This document shows positions 1 through 10,616 of a stretch of DNA of 64,000 nt, one piece after another. How positions within the stretch are numbered: position 1 is the stretch's first letter; each line of letters opens with the position of its first letter. The notes below the pieces were generated by a model that did no database searches, was not told the origin of the DNA, and saw nothing but the letters and a program-made list of their open reading frames with translations. The stretch is from contig CAWJTV010000026.1 in assembly GCA_963845755.1 (NCBI GenBank), positions 64,001 through 128,000 on the forward strand, in the 5' to 3' direction. This DNA comes from an uncultured Planctomycetota bacterium. Lineage in GTDB: Bacteria; Planctomycetota; Planctomycetia; Isosphaerales; Isosphaeraceae. Made by a program: the position numbers and the translations under genes.

Positions 1-36
1 ATCGCTCGGATGAGCGCGAATAGGGAGATGTCGGCG

Positions 37-2260
37 ATGGTGCAGATCAAGCTGCCGGATGGGTCGGTGAAGGAATATCACGAGGGGGTCAGTCGCGCGA
101 GGTTGCCGCGGGGATCGGCAAGCGGCTGGCCGAGGCGGCGATCGCGGCGACGGCCGGCGGACGGGTCGTCGACCTCGACCGGCCGCTCGAGGATGGTCAG
201 GACACCCCCATCGAGCTGAGGATCCTGACCCCCAGGGACCGCGAGGCGCTCGACGTGCTGCGTCATTCGACGGCCCACATCATGGCTCGCGCCATCATGC
301 GGCTGTTCCCGGGCGTCCGGTTGGCCTTCGGGCCGACGACCGCCAACGGCTATTACTATGACATCGACATTCCCGAGCGGAGCCTCTCCGAGGACGATTT
401 CCCGGCGATCGAAGCCGAGATGGGGCGGATCACCAAGGATGCCGAGCCCTTCGAGCGGTTCAGCCTCCCCGTGGCCGAGGCCCGCCAGTTCGTCGCCGAC
501 CTCGGCCAGACCTACAAGGTCGAGCACATCGACGACGAGCTCCATCAATATGGCATCCTGAGCTTCTACCGGCAGGGTGAGTTCGTCAACCTCTGCCGAG
601 GCCCGCATATCCCCCATGCCGGCAAGGTCGGGGCGTTCAAGCTGCTCTCCATCGCCGGCGCCTACTGGAAGGGTCACACCGATCGGAAGATGCTCCAGCG
701 GGTCTACGGCACCGCGTTCTTCGACAAGAAGGACCTCGAGGCCCATGTCGCCCAGGTGGAAGAGGCCAAGAAGCGCGATCACCGCCGGCTCGGCCGCGAC
801 CTGAACCTGTTCACGATCTCCCCGCTGGTCGGCCCGGGGCTGATCCTCTGGATGCCCAAGGGCTCCATCATCCGCGGCATCCTCGAGAACTTCATCAAGG
901 AGGAACTGGTCCGGCGCGGCTATCAGCCCGTGTACACTCCGCACATCGGCAAGATCGAGCTCTATCAGACCAGCGGCCATTATCCGTACTACAAGGACTC
1001 GCAGTTCCCCACGCTGAAGATGCCGGCCGATTCCGCCGCCAAGGAGCTGCTCGACGGGCTCATCGCCGGGAATCTCGCCGACGACGCCCAGCGCCTCCTC
1101 CTGGCCAAGGCGGGCATCCCCGAGCGGATGCCGGCTCCGGTCGCTGGTCCCGAAACCCCAACCGCCGGCGCCTCGCGCTCGTATTTCGAGATGACCCCGG
1201 CCGAGCGGATCGGCTACCTCGAGCAGACCTGCGACTTCGAGGAATATCTACTCAAGCCGATGAATTGCCCGCACCACATCCAGATCTACGCGGCGCAGCC
1301 GAGGAGTTACAAGCGAGCTGCCCCTGCGACTGGCCGAGTTCGGCACCGTGTATCGCTACGAGCAGTCGGGCGAGCTGTCGGGTCTCACCCGCGTGCGCGG
1401 GTTCACCCAGGACGACGCCCACCTGTTCTGCACCCACGAGCAGGTCCGCGGCGAGTTCCGCTCGACGATGGAGATGACCCAGTTCTTCCTGAATTCCTGC
1501 CTGGGACTCTCCGATTACCGCGTGCGATTGTCCCGGAGCGACCCGAAGGATCCCAAGTATCAGGGCGCGGCCGGCGAGATCTGGCGGCGCGCCGAGGACG
1601 ACATCCGCTCGGTGCTCGACGAGATGGAGCTGCCCTATGAAGAGGCGCCGGGCGAGGCGGCGTTCTACGGGCCCAAGGCGGATTTCATCGTCAGGGACTG
1701 CATCGGCCGGCAATGGCAGCTCGGCACGGTCCAGCTCGACTACGTGCTGCCGGAACGGTTCGGCCTCCACTACACCGGGCCGGACAATCAGCCGCACCGG
1801 CCGGTCATGATCCACCGCGCACCGCTGGGGAGCATGGAGCGGTTCATGGGCATCCTGATCGAGCACTTCGCCGGCGCGTTCCCGCTCTGGCTGGCCCCCG
1901 AGCAGGTCCGCGTGCTGCCGATCTCCGACAAGGTCGCCGAGTATGCCCAACACGTCCTTGGCCAGCTCCACAACGCGGGCTTCCGCGCCTCGACCGATCT
2001 CCGCGCCGAGAAGATCGGGGCCAAGATCCGCGACGCGCAGCTCGAGAAGATCCCGGTCATGCTGGTGGTCGGCGCCAAGGAGGCCGAGAGCCAGGCGGTG
2101 TCGTACCGGGATCGTCAGGGCGGCGACCTGGGCGCCATGCCGCTGGGCGAGGCCCTGAGCCCGGCTCAAGTCCGAATCGGAGACGCGCCGGGCCCCCCAG
2201 GCTGCGCCTTCCCCGGCCGTCCCGCCGACCGAAGAGACCGCCGAGGATCATACGTATTGA
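37..2260 (+). CDS. thrS: Threonine--tRNA ligase (apparent frameshifts near 90, 1315 and 2160)
   Basis: TGS start [10 protein letters not shown], editing motifs LRHSTAH and LCRGPH, catalytic [41 protein letters not shown], anticodon domain [10 protein letters not shown]. Pieces lie in ORFs 10..219, 255..1640 and 1348..2379; probable end EDHTY-TGA at 2260. Confidence 0.95.
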
Positions 2261-2563
2261 TAGAGATTGTCCCACCTGTAGTTGAAATGTGGGGCGGCTC
2301 CTCACGGACATTTTCACACCACGTCCGTGTTGGCATCAAGCCCCTCGCTGCGGGACAAGGGATTCTATCGCGCCTCTAGCATCGACGTCATGCGATGTCC
2401 TTCCCCATAAGGGTGGCCGAGATCGGCTTGGCGGCGAGACCTCCTCGGCCGTGTCGTTGCTTCCTCGATGTCAGCTCAAATGGTTCGAGTCGCGATGCCT
2501 GCGGCCGGCACGGGGGCATTCACGTCCACGACCCCCCGGCAGGCTAGCCGATCGCCCCTACGC

Positions 2564-5500
2564 TCAGCGGGCGAACGGGTCGGCCGGGAACTCGAGGTCG
2601 AGGAGCAACTCTTGGAAGTCCCTTCGGGCACGCAGCGGGTCGAGGTTCTGATGGAATCTCATGTGGGCCACATCGTTAAAGCCGGCGGCGACGGCACGGC
2701 GCAGCACGGTCATCGCCCGATCGGCCGCCGCCGTCCGTATTCGTTGCACCTGGTCCGCCGGCACAGTCTTGTCGAGAGGGCCCAGGCCACTCAGGACCGA
2801 ATAGAGGCAGGCCAGGTCGTACAGGTCGAACGGCATCCGTCGGGTCGGGAGATCGCTCCAGTCGTTGGTTGAGCTCGCCGAGCGCGGTGTGCATTTCGGG
2901 GCTCACCGCTCCACCGACTTCGCGCTCGAGGCCGGCCAGGGAGGCCAGGGCGATGCCCCAGGGGTACAGCCGATCCACGTCGTCGGGCTTCTCCTGGAGC
3001 CAGTCCGCCGTGATCGCCAAGGCCCGCCGGCCCGAAGACAGCGCTTCGGCCGTATGGCCGGTCGCACGCTGGAGCTGGCTGATGTAGCCGAGATCGAAGA
3101 GTTGGGCCTTTTTGACGTAGGGCAGATCGTCAGAGTCGCCCGCGAGCTGGGGGGCGAGCGCATCCCAGATGGCGAGCCTCTCTTGGAAGGCGCCAGTGCC
3201 TTCTCCGGCCGGTGGCGGGACAGCTCAGAGATCGCCACCCTGGCGAGGATCCGGTTGGCCACGGCGTTCCACCTCTCTTCGCTGCCGAGCCAGCCGCCCC
3301 GGCGCAAACCCTCCGCGAGTCGGAAGGCCTCGTCGAATGCCCGATCCGCCTCGTCGCCCCGCCCGGCGTGATGTTGCAGCCCACCGATTTCGACGAGGAC
3401 GAGGGCGAGCTCCTTGCGGTACTCTTCATAGCTGTCGGGATCGGCGGCGATCAGACCATCCCACAGGCCGCGAGCGCACTCGAGGGCCGCCAGGATCTCC
3501 GCCAGTGCCGCCGTACGCGAGTCGGCCAGCTCACGCGCCTTCCTTCGTGACTTCATAGGCTCGTTCCACCTGGTTGAGCCATGCGTATCGGTCGCCGAGC
3601 CGGCCGGCGATCTCGATCGCCGCCTGGCGGACGGTGGCCGGCAGCGTCGTGTCGGCCTCGATCTCATGGATCACCGCCGGCTCGCCCAGGGGCTTCTTGT
3701 AAAGGGGTTCGACGCGACTCCATGGCCTCGCGCCGGTAGATCGTCTCGGCCTGGATCGGGTCCAGGTCCCAGACTCTCGCGGTCCAGTCGATGCTCCCGG
3801 AGACGATCCGCCGGCCGTCGGGGCTGAACGCGATGCAGAGCACGCCACTGGTGTGGCCGCGCAGGGTGAAGACCTCCTGGCCGGTGGCCGTGTCCCAAAG
3901 CTTGATGGTCCGATCGAGGCTGGCGGTGGCGAGGCGGTGGCCGTCGGGGCTGAAGGCCACGCCTGCGACCAGATCCGTGTGACCGCGGAGCTGGATAGAG
4001 CGGTCGGCCCGTGGTGGGATCCCAGACCTTCACTTCACCGCCCTTCCAAGAGTCCCCGCCGGCCGAGGCGAGCTGTCGGCCATCGGGGCTGAAGGCCACG
4101 CTCAGGACCGGGAACGTATGTCCCGTGAGGATCAGGAGCGGCTGGCCCGTCTCGGCGTCCCAAACGCGGGCACCGTCTGGTCCAGGCTGGCGGATGCCAG
4201 CTTTCGGCCGTCGCGACTGAAGGCCACGCCGTTGGCCTTGGCGGTATGGCCCTCGAGGACCACGAGCTGTCGGCCGGTCATGGTATCCCACAACTTCACC
4301 GAATGAGTCATCATCGGCCAGGGCCAGGCGCCGACCGTCGGGGCTGAACGCCAGGCTGGGATACTGGACCGCATCTACGGAGGTGCACTGCCCCTTAGCG
4401 TAAGAAGCTTCTTCCCTGTGGCTGCATCCCAAATCGTGGCCCCGCTTGAGTCGGCTGAGGCCAGCCGGTGACCGTCGGGGCTGAATGCGACCGCGTGGAC
4501 TGTTGCTGGTCTGGTCGGGAAAGGACAGGATCGGTTCGCCCGTGAGAGGATCCCATAACTGGAGGAAACGTGGCCTCGCAAAGATGGTCGATCCTGAGGC
4601 AACCTGTCGGCCATCGGGGCTGGGCGCGCACGCTTCTGACCCAGCCGTCATGTCCACCGAAGATGAGCTGGGGACTTGGCGTCGCGTACCAGAGCTTGAC
4701 GGTTTGATCCGCGCCTCCCGGAGGCGATCCGAAGACCGTCGGGGCTGAAGGCGACGCAGATCGCGTAATGCTGGTGGCCGTGGAAGGCGGCCAGTTCGCG
4801 ATCCGAGTCCACCGACCAGAGCCTCAGGCTCTTGTCCTCGCTGGCCGAGACGATCCGCCAGCCGTCCGGGCTGAAGGCCAGGCCGCGGATGAAGCCCTCG
4901 TGCCCGGAATAGGTCCGGACCTTCTCGCCGGTGGCGCGGTCCCAGAGCCGGATCGTCTGGTCCCAACCCCCCGAGGCGAGATACCGCCCGTCGGGGCTGA
5001 AGGCCACGGCGTAGATCTGCCCCTTGTGTCCCCGCAGCGCGGGGAGCGGTTTGCGGGTCTGGAGATCCCAGACCTCCACCAGTCCCTCGCTCGTCAGGGC
5101 GACATGTTTGCTGTCGGGGCTGAAGGCCACGCTCCAGACTCCCGACTCGTGTCCGGGGAGCGGCTCGATCAGCTCCTCCCCGCTCATGACATCCCAGAGC
5201 TTGGCATAACCGCTACCGCCGCTCTTGTACGACCCACACCCTGCGATGATCCGCCGGCTGTCAGGACTGAAGGCCAGGCTGAGGATCGGGCGGCGGCCGC
5301 TTTCTTTGCGGAACGTTCGCTCCTGGCCTGTGGCGGCATCCCACAGGGTCAGAGTCTTGCCGTAGCCCGCGGCCAGCCAGCGACCATCAGGGCTGAAGGC
5401 CACGGCACGGATGCCGCCCGGGAGCCCGCAGTGGGCGAAGACCTCCCGGCCGGTCGCCACGTCGCGGACCATCAGGTCGCCCGTCCCCTGATCCTCCCAG

Positions 5501-7381
5501 AAGCCGCCGGACCCGCTGGCAATGCGCCGGCCATCGGGGCTGAAGGCCACGGCGTTGACCACCGGCGTCAACTCGCGGAACGTGTGCAGATCGAGATGGC
5601 ACTGGCGGTCAACGTAGGACCATTCCCAGTCGCGCAGGTCCTCCGGGCAACCCTCGAGGAGCTCGAGGGCCTGGGCGACGTTGTTCGCCAGGCACTCGCG
5701 ATAGGCCAGGTTGACCCGGCTGACGTAATCCTGGCGGCGCAGGTCCTCCGCCCGGTCGTTGGCGATCTTCGCCTGGTTCTGGGCGATTCTCGTCTGTTCC
5801 TGCACTGGCCCCGCGCCGGGCCTCGATCCCCGCGTTTTCTCGGCGCGGCCCAGAGGATCGCCATGGCGACGAATCCGACGGAAAGCACCATCGCCAGCAG
5901 GGCCAGCAGGCCGGCGATCGCCCTGTTCCGCCGGGCCCATCGCCAGGCCACGCCGAATGGACCGAGCCGCCGGGCCCGGATCGGACGGTCTTCCAGGAAT
6001 CGCCCAGGTCGGCCGCGAGGTCGCCGGCCGTCAGGTAGCGATCGGACGAATCGCAGGCGATCGCCTTGTGCACGATCGTCGCCAGGTCGCGCGGAATCGC
6101 CGGGTCGAGCTTCAACAGGCGGGGCAGCTCTGCTCGCGTGATCATGTCGATCAGGCGGGACCGGTCGGTCTCCTCGAACGCCGGACGCAGGGCCAGCAGC
6201 TCGTAGAGCGTCAGGCCCAGCCCGTAGATGTCGGAGCGGATATCGCCCCGGCCGCGGAATCGCTCGGGGGCCATGTAGCGGAGGGTCCCCAGGATGTCGC
6301 CGGTGTGGGTCAGGTCCTCGGAGTCGGACAGCTTGGCCAGGCCGAAGTCGGTGACCCAGAGGGTGCCGCGGACGTCGAGCAGGAGGTTGGACGGCTTGAC
6401 GTCGCGGTGCAGCACGCCTTGCTGCGCGGCGTAGTCGAGGGCCTCGGCCGCCTGGATGCCCAGCCGGGCCACCGTCCGGGCATAACGCCACCCCGAGTGC
6501 GCCGGCGTGGCCGAGCGGACCAGGGCGTTGGAATCGGGCCGGGGACCGCCCGTGGCCTCGAGCGGCGCAGGCGACGCCTCCGGCTGGGGCCCGGCGGCGG
6601 TCGGGAGCACGGCGTCGGTCGAGCCCGGGTCACCCGCAGTGGGGGCGAAGGCATCGACCCAGAGCGAACACGCCACGTCGGCGGCCGACGGCGGCCCGGT
6701 CGGGTCGGCCGGAGCCGCACCCCGTCCGGCCCCCGCCTTCGCCGCCCCGAGCCCCGCGGCCGCGCCGGACCCCTGGCGGAGCCGCCGCAGCTCGGCCAGC
6801 ACCTCGCTGAGCGGCTGGCCCTGGATGTACTGCATTACGTAGTAGTGCGTATCGCCCTCGCGGCCCACGCCGAAGACGGGCACGATATTGGTATGGTGCA
6901 GCCGGCCCGCGGCCCGGGCCTCGCGCTCGAACCGCCGCACCTGGACCGGGTTGGCCAGGGCCCGGGGCGGGAGGACCTTCAGCGCCACGCGGCGGCCGAG
7001 CGAGCCCTGCTCGGCCTCGTAGACGACCCCCATGCCGCCGTAGCCGATCTCGCGGAGGATGTGGTAGTCGCCCAACTGCTGGCCCGGGGCCGGCCCGGGC
7101 TCGGACCCGGGCCCATCCACGGTCACCGCCGCTCGGTCGCCCCTCGCGGCGGGGACGCCCAGCGAGCCCGCGCCGAGGTTTTCCATCAGGAGCAGGGCCG
7201 GGAAGAGGTCGCGGATCGCCGCGGCCAGCTCCGGGTGCCGCGCCTCGTATTCCTCCACCGTCGGCCGCTCCCCGCGCCGATGGCGCTCGAGGAATTCCTC
7301 GGCCAGCAGTTCCACCGGCTCTCGCACCCCGCTCGAGCTGTCCAGCATCGGCGGCATCTCGCGGCTGGATGGCATCATCAT
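2564..7381 (-). CDS. Ser/Thr protein kinase with transmembrane segment, WD40 repeats and C-terminal TPR-like region (several apparent frameshifts)
   Basis: [33 protein letters not shown] in ORF 5609..7381; hydrophobic [20 protein letters not shown]; many AFSPDG...WD repeats at 3700-5600; helical end YDLACLYS...[14 protein letters not shown]. Confidence 0.88.
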
Positions 7382-8031
7382 GTGAGTTCCTCTCGCAGAC
7401 CGGGGATGGTCGAAAGGACATCCTTCAGCCGCTTCAGCGCCCGTACGTACCGCTGGCTGGTCGCCGACCGCTTCAAGCCCAGCGCCAGCGCCGCCTCGTC
7501 GTTGGACAGGTATTCGAAGTGGCGCAGGACCAAAATCTCGCGATCGATCGGGTCCAGGCCGTTGAGCGCCTCCTGCACGATCAGCCGGTGCTCGGCCCGG
7601 ACGGCCGCCTGCGAGGCGCTGGTCAGGGTGCCGAGCAGTTGCGCCGCCAGCGAGGCCGACGACGCCGCCGGCATCGCCCCGCGGTGGAGCGAGATCTCCA
7701 GGCCGGCATCGCGCATCCGGGTGCCGAGGTGGCGGCGGTGGAGGTCGGTCAGCTTCTGACCGGTCACCAGCCGTAACCAGAGGAAGAACGGCAAGTTCGG
7801 GTCGGCACCGCCGGCCCCCATCCGCGTGCCAGCTTCCAGGTAGACCTCCTGGAGGATGTCTGAGGCGTCAACCCGGCCGGTCAGGCGTCGGTCGAGCCGG
7901 AGGTGGATCATCCGCCGCAGCCGCTCGCGATAGTGGGAGAACAGCGTGGCCAGGGCCGACGAGTCGCCGGCGCGGGCGCGGCGGAGCAGGTCATCCAGGG
8001 GTTCGGAGCTCGTTGCCATGACGGGGTCCAT
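7378..8031 (-). CDS. ECF sigma-70 factor, planctomycete kinase-associated type
   Basis: LLRRARAGDSSALATLFSHYRERLRRMI, RVDASDILQE, region 4 LDPIDREILVLRHFEYLSNDEAALALG; stop overlaps kinase start (ATGA). Start at 8031 or 8019. Confidence 0.92.
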   Translation of the reverse strand: MDPVMATSSEPLDDLLRRARAGDSSALATLFSHYRERLRRMIHLRLDRRLTGRVDASDILQEVYLEAGTRMGAGGADPNLPFFLWLRLVTGQKLTDLHRRHLGTRMRDAGLEISLHRGAMPAASSASLAAQLLGTLTSASQAAVRAEHRLIVQEALNGLDPIDREILVLRHFEYLSNDEAALALGLKRSATSQRYVRALKRLKDVLSTIPGLREELT

Positions 8032-8337
8032 ACTCAGATACCCGCGTGCGGGTGCCGCCAATCCACCGGGACCTCCGATTTTTCTGCCCCACGCCGATCG
8101 TCGGCTCGCGCCCGACCACCGCCCGAGAGCCGAGACTGTCGCGTGGACTGACCACTGCGACTGGGGCGCGAGCTGACCGCCCCGACGGGCCCATGACGAC
8201 GGCGGCGGAACGCGGAGCAAGTCTCGATCAGGATACGGGTCAAGACGTGTTGGTTGAAGAGGCCGGATTCAGTAAGATCGGGATAATCTCCGTACGGTAC
8301 TGACTCAATCATCCCTCGCATCGGAGTGACCGGCTTC

Positions 8338-9330
8338 ATGAACACGACAAACCAGGACGCGCCCGCGATTCCCATCGGGCTCGAGGACATCCGGCGCACG
8401 GCCGAGCGGATCGCGCCGTGGGCGCATCGTACGCCGGTGATGTCATCCCAGGGACTCGACAGCCGGTGCGGCGGCTCGGTCCATCTCAAGTGCGAGAACT
8501 TCCAGAGGGTCGGCGCGTTCAAATTCCGCGGGGCACTCAACGCGGTCCTCCAACTGGGCGACGCCGAGCGCCGCGCCGGCGTGATCACGCATTCCTCGGG
8601 CAATCACGCCCAGGCCCTGGCGCTGGCGGGGCGGTTGCTCGACGTTCCGGTCACCGTCGTCATGCCGCGCAACGCGCCGGCGGTGAAGCGCGCGGCGACG
8701 GAGGGCTATGGCGCCCGCGTCGTCCCCTGCGAGCCGACGCTCGCTTCGCGCGAGGCGACCGTCGCGGCCGAGATGGAGCGTCATGGCTTCGCGCTGGTCC
8801 ATCCGTTCAACGACTGGAACGTGATCGCCGGCCAGGGGACCGCCGCCTGGGAATTGCTCGACCAGGCGGGGCCGCTCGACCTGGTCCTCTGCCCCGTCGG
8901 CGGCGGCGGACTGCTCTCCGGGACCGCGCTGACCGTGCGGGGCCGATCGCCGCAGACTCAGGTCATCGGTGCCGAGCCCGCCCGCGCCGATGACGCCAGG
9001 CGGTCGCTCGAAGTCGGCGCGATCCAGCCATCGAACGATCCTCAGACCATCGCCGACGGACTGCGGACCTCGCTCGGGCCCCGCACCTTCGCCGTGATCT
9101 CCCGCCAGGTCGACCGGATCGTCACGGCCACCGAGGTCGAGATCGTCGAGGCCATGCGGTTCGTCTGGGAGCGGTTGAAGATCATCATCGAGCCGTCGAG
9201 CGCCGTGCCGGTCGCGCCCCTCTGGAACGGACAGCTCGACGTCAAAGGGTTGCGCGTCGGCATCATCCTCAGCGGCGGGAATGTCAACCTCGAGCCGCTG
9301 TTCCAGTCGCTGGCGGCGAAGTACCTGTAG
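8338..9330 (+). CDS. PLP-dependent serine/threonine dehydratase / serine racemase-like ammonia-lyase (no ACT domain)
   Basis: LKCENFQRVGAFKFRGA (PLP lysine), HSSGNHAQA, PVGGGGL, TIADGL, EPSSA, ILSGGN. Confidence 0.9.
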   Translation: MNTTNQDAPAIPIGLEDIRRTAERIAPWAHRTPVMSSQGLDSRCGGSVHLKCENFQRVGAFKFRGALNAVLQLGDAERRAGVITHSSGNHAQALALAGRLLDVPVTVVMPRNAPAVKRAATEGYGARVVPCEPTLASREATVAAEMERHGFALVHPFNDWNVIAGQGTAAWELLDQAGPLDLVLCPVGGGGLLSGTALTVRGRSPQTQVIGAEPARADDARRSLEVGAIQPSNDPQTIADGLRTSLGPRTFAVISRQVDRIVTATEVEIVEAMRFVWERLKIIIEPSSAVPVAPLWNGQLDVKGLRVGIILSGGNVNLEPLFQSLAAKYL

Positions 9331-9411
9331 CACCCGCTACGGCGCTTATGCGACCTCCGGCGAGACGGGCCGCCGGGATCGTTCGTCCGGACGCTCGATG
9401 AGGGGCACCGT

Positions 9412-10423
9412 ATGTTCACAGCCCGACGTCCCGAACTACGCAATCGACCTTGGTCAAGTCGAAATGAAGCGATGGGAAGACGTGATCGACCGGGAGAAGA
9501 CTGTCGCCAGCGGCCTGGTCCAGGAGGCCGGCGCCGCATTTGCGCGAGTTCCCGAACTCTTCCGGTGGGTCTTCGCACGCCTTTACCAGACCTCTGGGGG
9601 CCTCTACCAGGGCGAGATCGCCTCGTGGGCGGATGCGCTCGGCGTGTCGATGGGAACGGTCACGCTCTTGAACTGCGCGTACGAGCTGAGCCACCTGCGC
9701 TGGCCGAGGGTCTTCGGTTGTACGGCGGGTGTCCGCTGGGTCGAAGGCTTGGGATTGGTCCATGTCCGAAGCCTGGACTGGCCGTTGGCCACGATGGGCG
9801 GCGCAACGCGGTTGTTCCGGTTCCGATCGCGGGGCCCGTGAGTTCGTCTCGGTCGGGGTTCCCGGGCAGGTCGGTATACTCTCAGGCATGCTGCCGAAGC
9901 GTATTCCGTGACAATCAACTGGGCTCCACCGGCGTCTTTCCCTTCGTTCGACTTCGGCCCGACGTTCCTGCTGCGCGACACGCTGGAGACGTGCGACAGC
10001 TACGATGCAGCCGTCCGTACGCTGAGCGAAACGCGGCTCTCCACGAGCGTGTTCTTCACGATTTGCGGCACCGTGAAGGATCAGGCGTGCGTCATCGAGC
10101 GAACACCGCGTGAAGCGGTTGTTCGCTCGATGACAGGACCAGTATTGGTTCAGGCCAATCACCATGTCGCGGGACAGTTCGGCGAGAACAACGAAGACAT
10201 CCGTGAGGCGGAGGAGGGTGAGGAAGTGTTTTCTCTCGACGGGAGTGGTCGCCGAGCGGATATCTTGGCCGGCTCACTGACCGAGCTTGGTCTTCCGTGC
10301 AACCTGGAGAATACCGCGCGGGTCTTGGATCTCCCGACTGTCCTCAATACCTTTACCTGTCAGCAAATGGTGTTCTGCCCTGCTACGGGCGATGTGAGGG
10401 TATGGCGCAGGGTCGAGGGTTAG
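9412..10423 (+). CDS. Acid ceramidase/NAAA-like N-terminal-nucleophile cysteine hydrolase (apparent frameshifts near the start and about 9835-9900)
   Basis: VPNYAIDL..RW, EIASWADALG..LLNCAYEL, nucleophile segment GCTAG, HVRSLDW, then FLLRDTLE, ACVIER, LVQANH; ORFs 9281..9841 and 9908..10423. Confidence 0.75.
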
Positions 10424-10616
10424 ATCGCCGATCACTTGCCTTGCGCATCGGGCTGCGCTATGGCGGCATCGCACGACCCCGCCGCGGGCCGGACCGCAGG
10501 TCTCCTTGACGCCTTCGCCGTCTGTGGAGACTTTCGGTCGGCCGGGTGGCCAGGTCGGGAGACCTGGCCACGCGTCCGCGGCGTGCGCAATGCAAGTGAT
10601 CGGCGCTGAATCGAAG

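Noticed and set aside
3700..5600. Recurring GTCGGGGCTGAAGGCCAC every 120-140 bp as a CRISPR array or DGR repeat
   Set aside because: It is the coding sequence of VAFSPD in WD40 repeats; no cas or reverse transcriptase gene is present.
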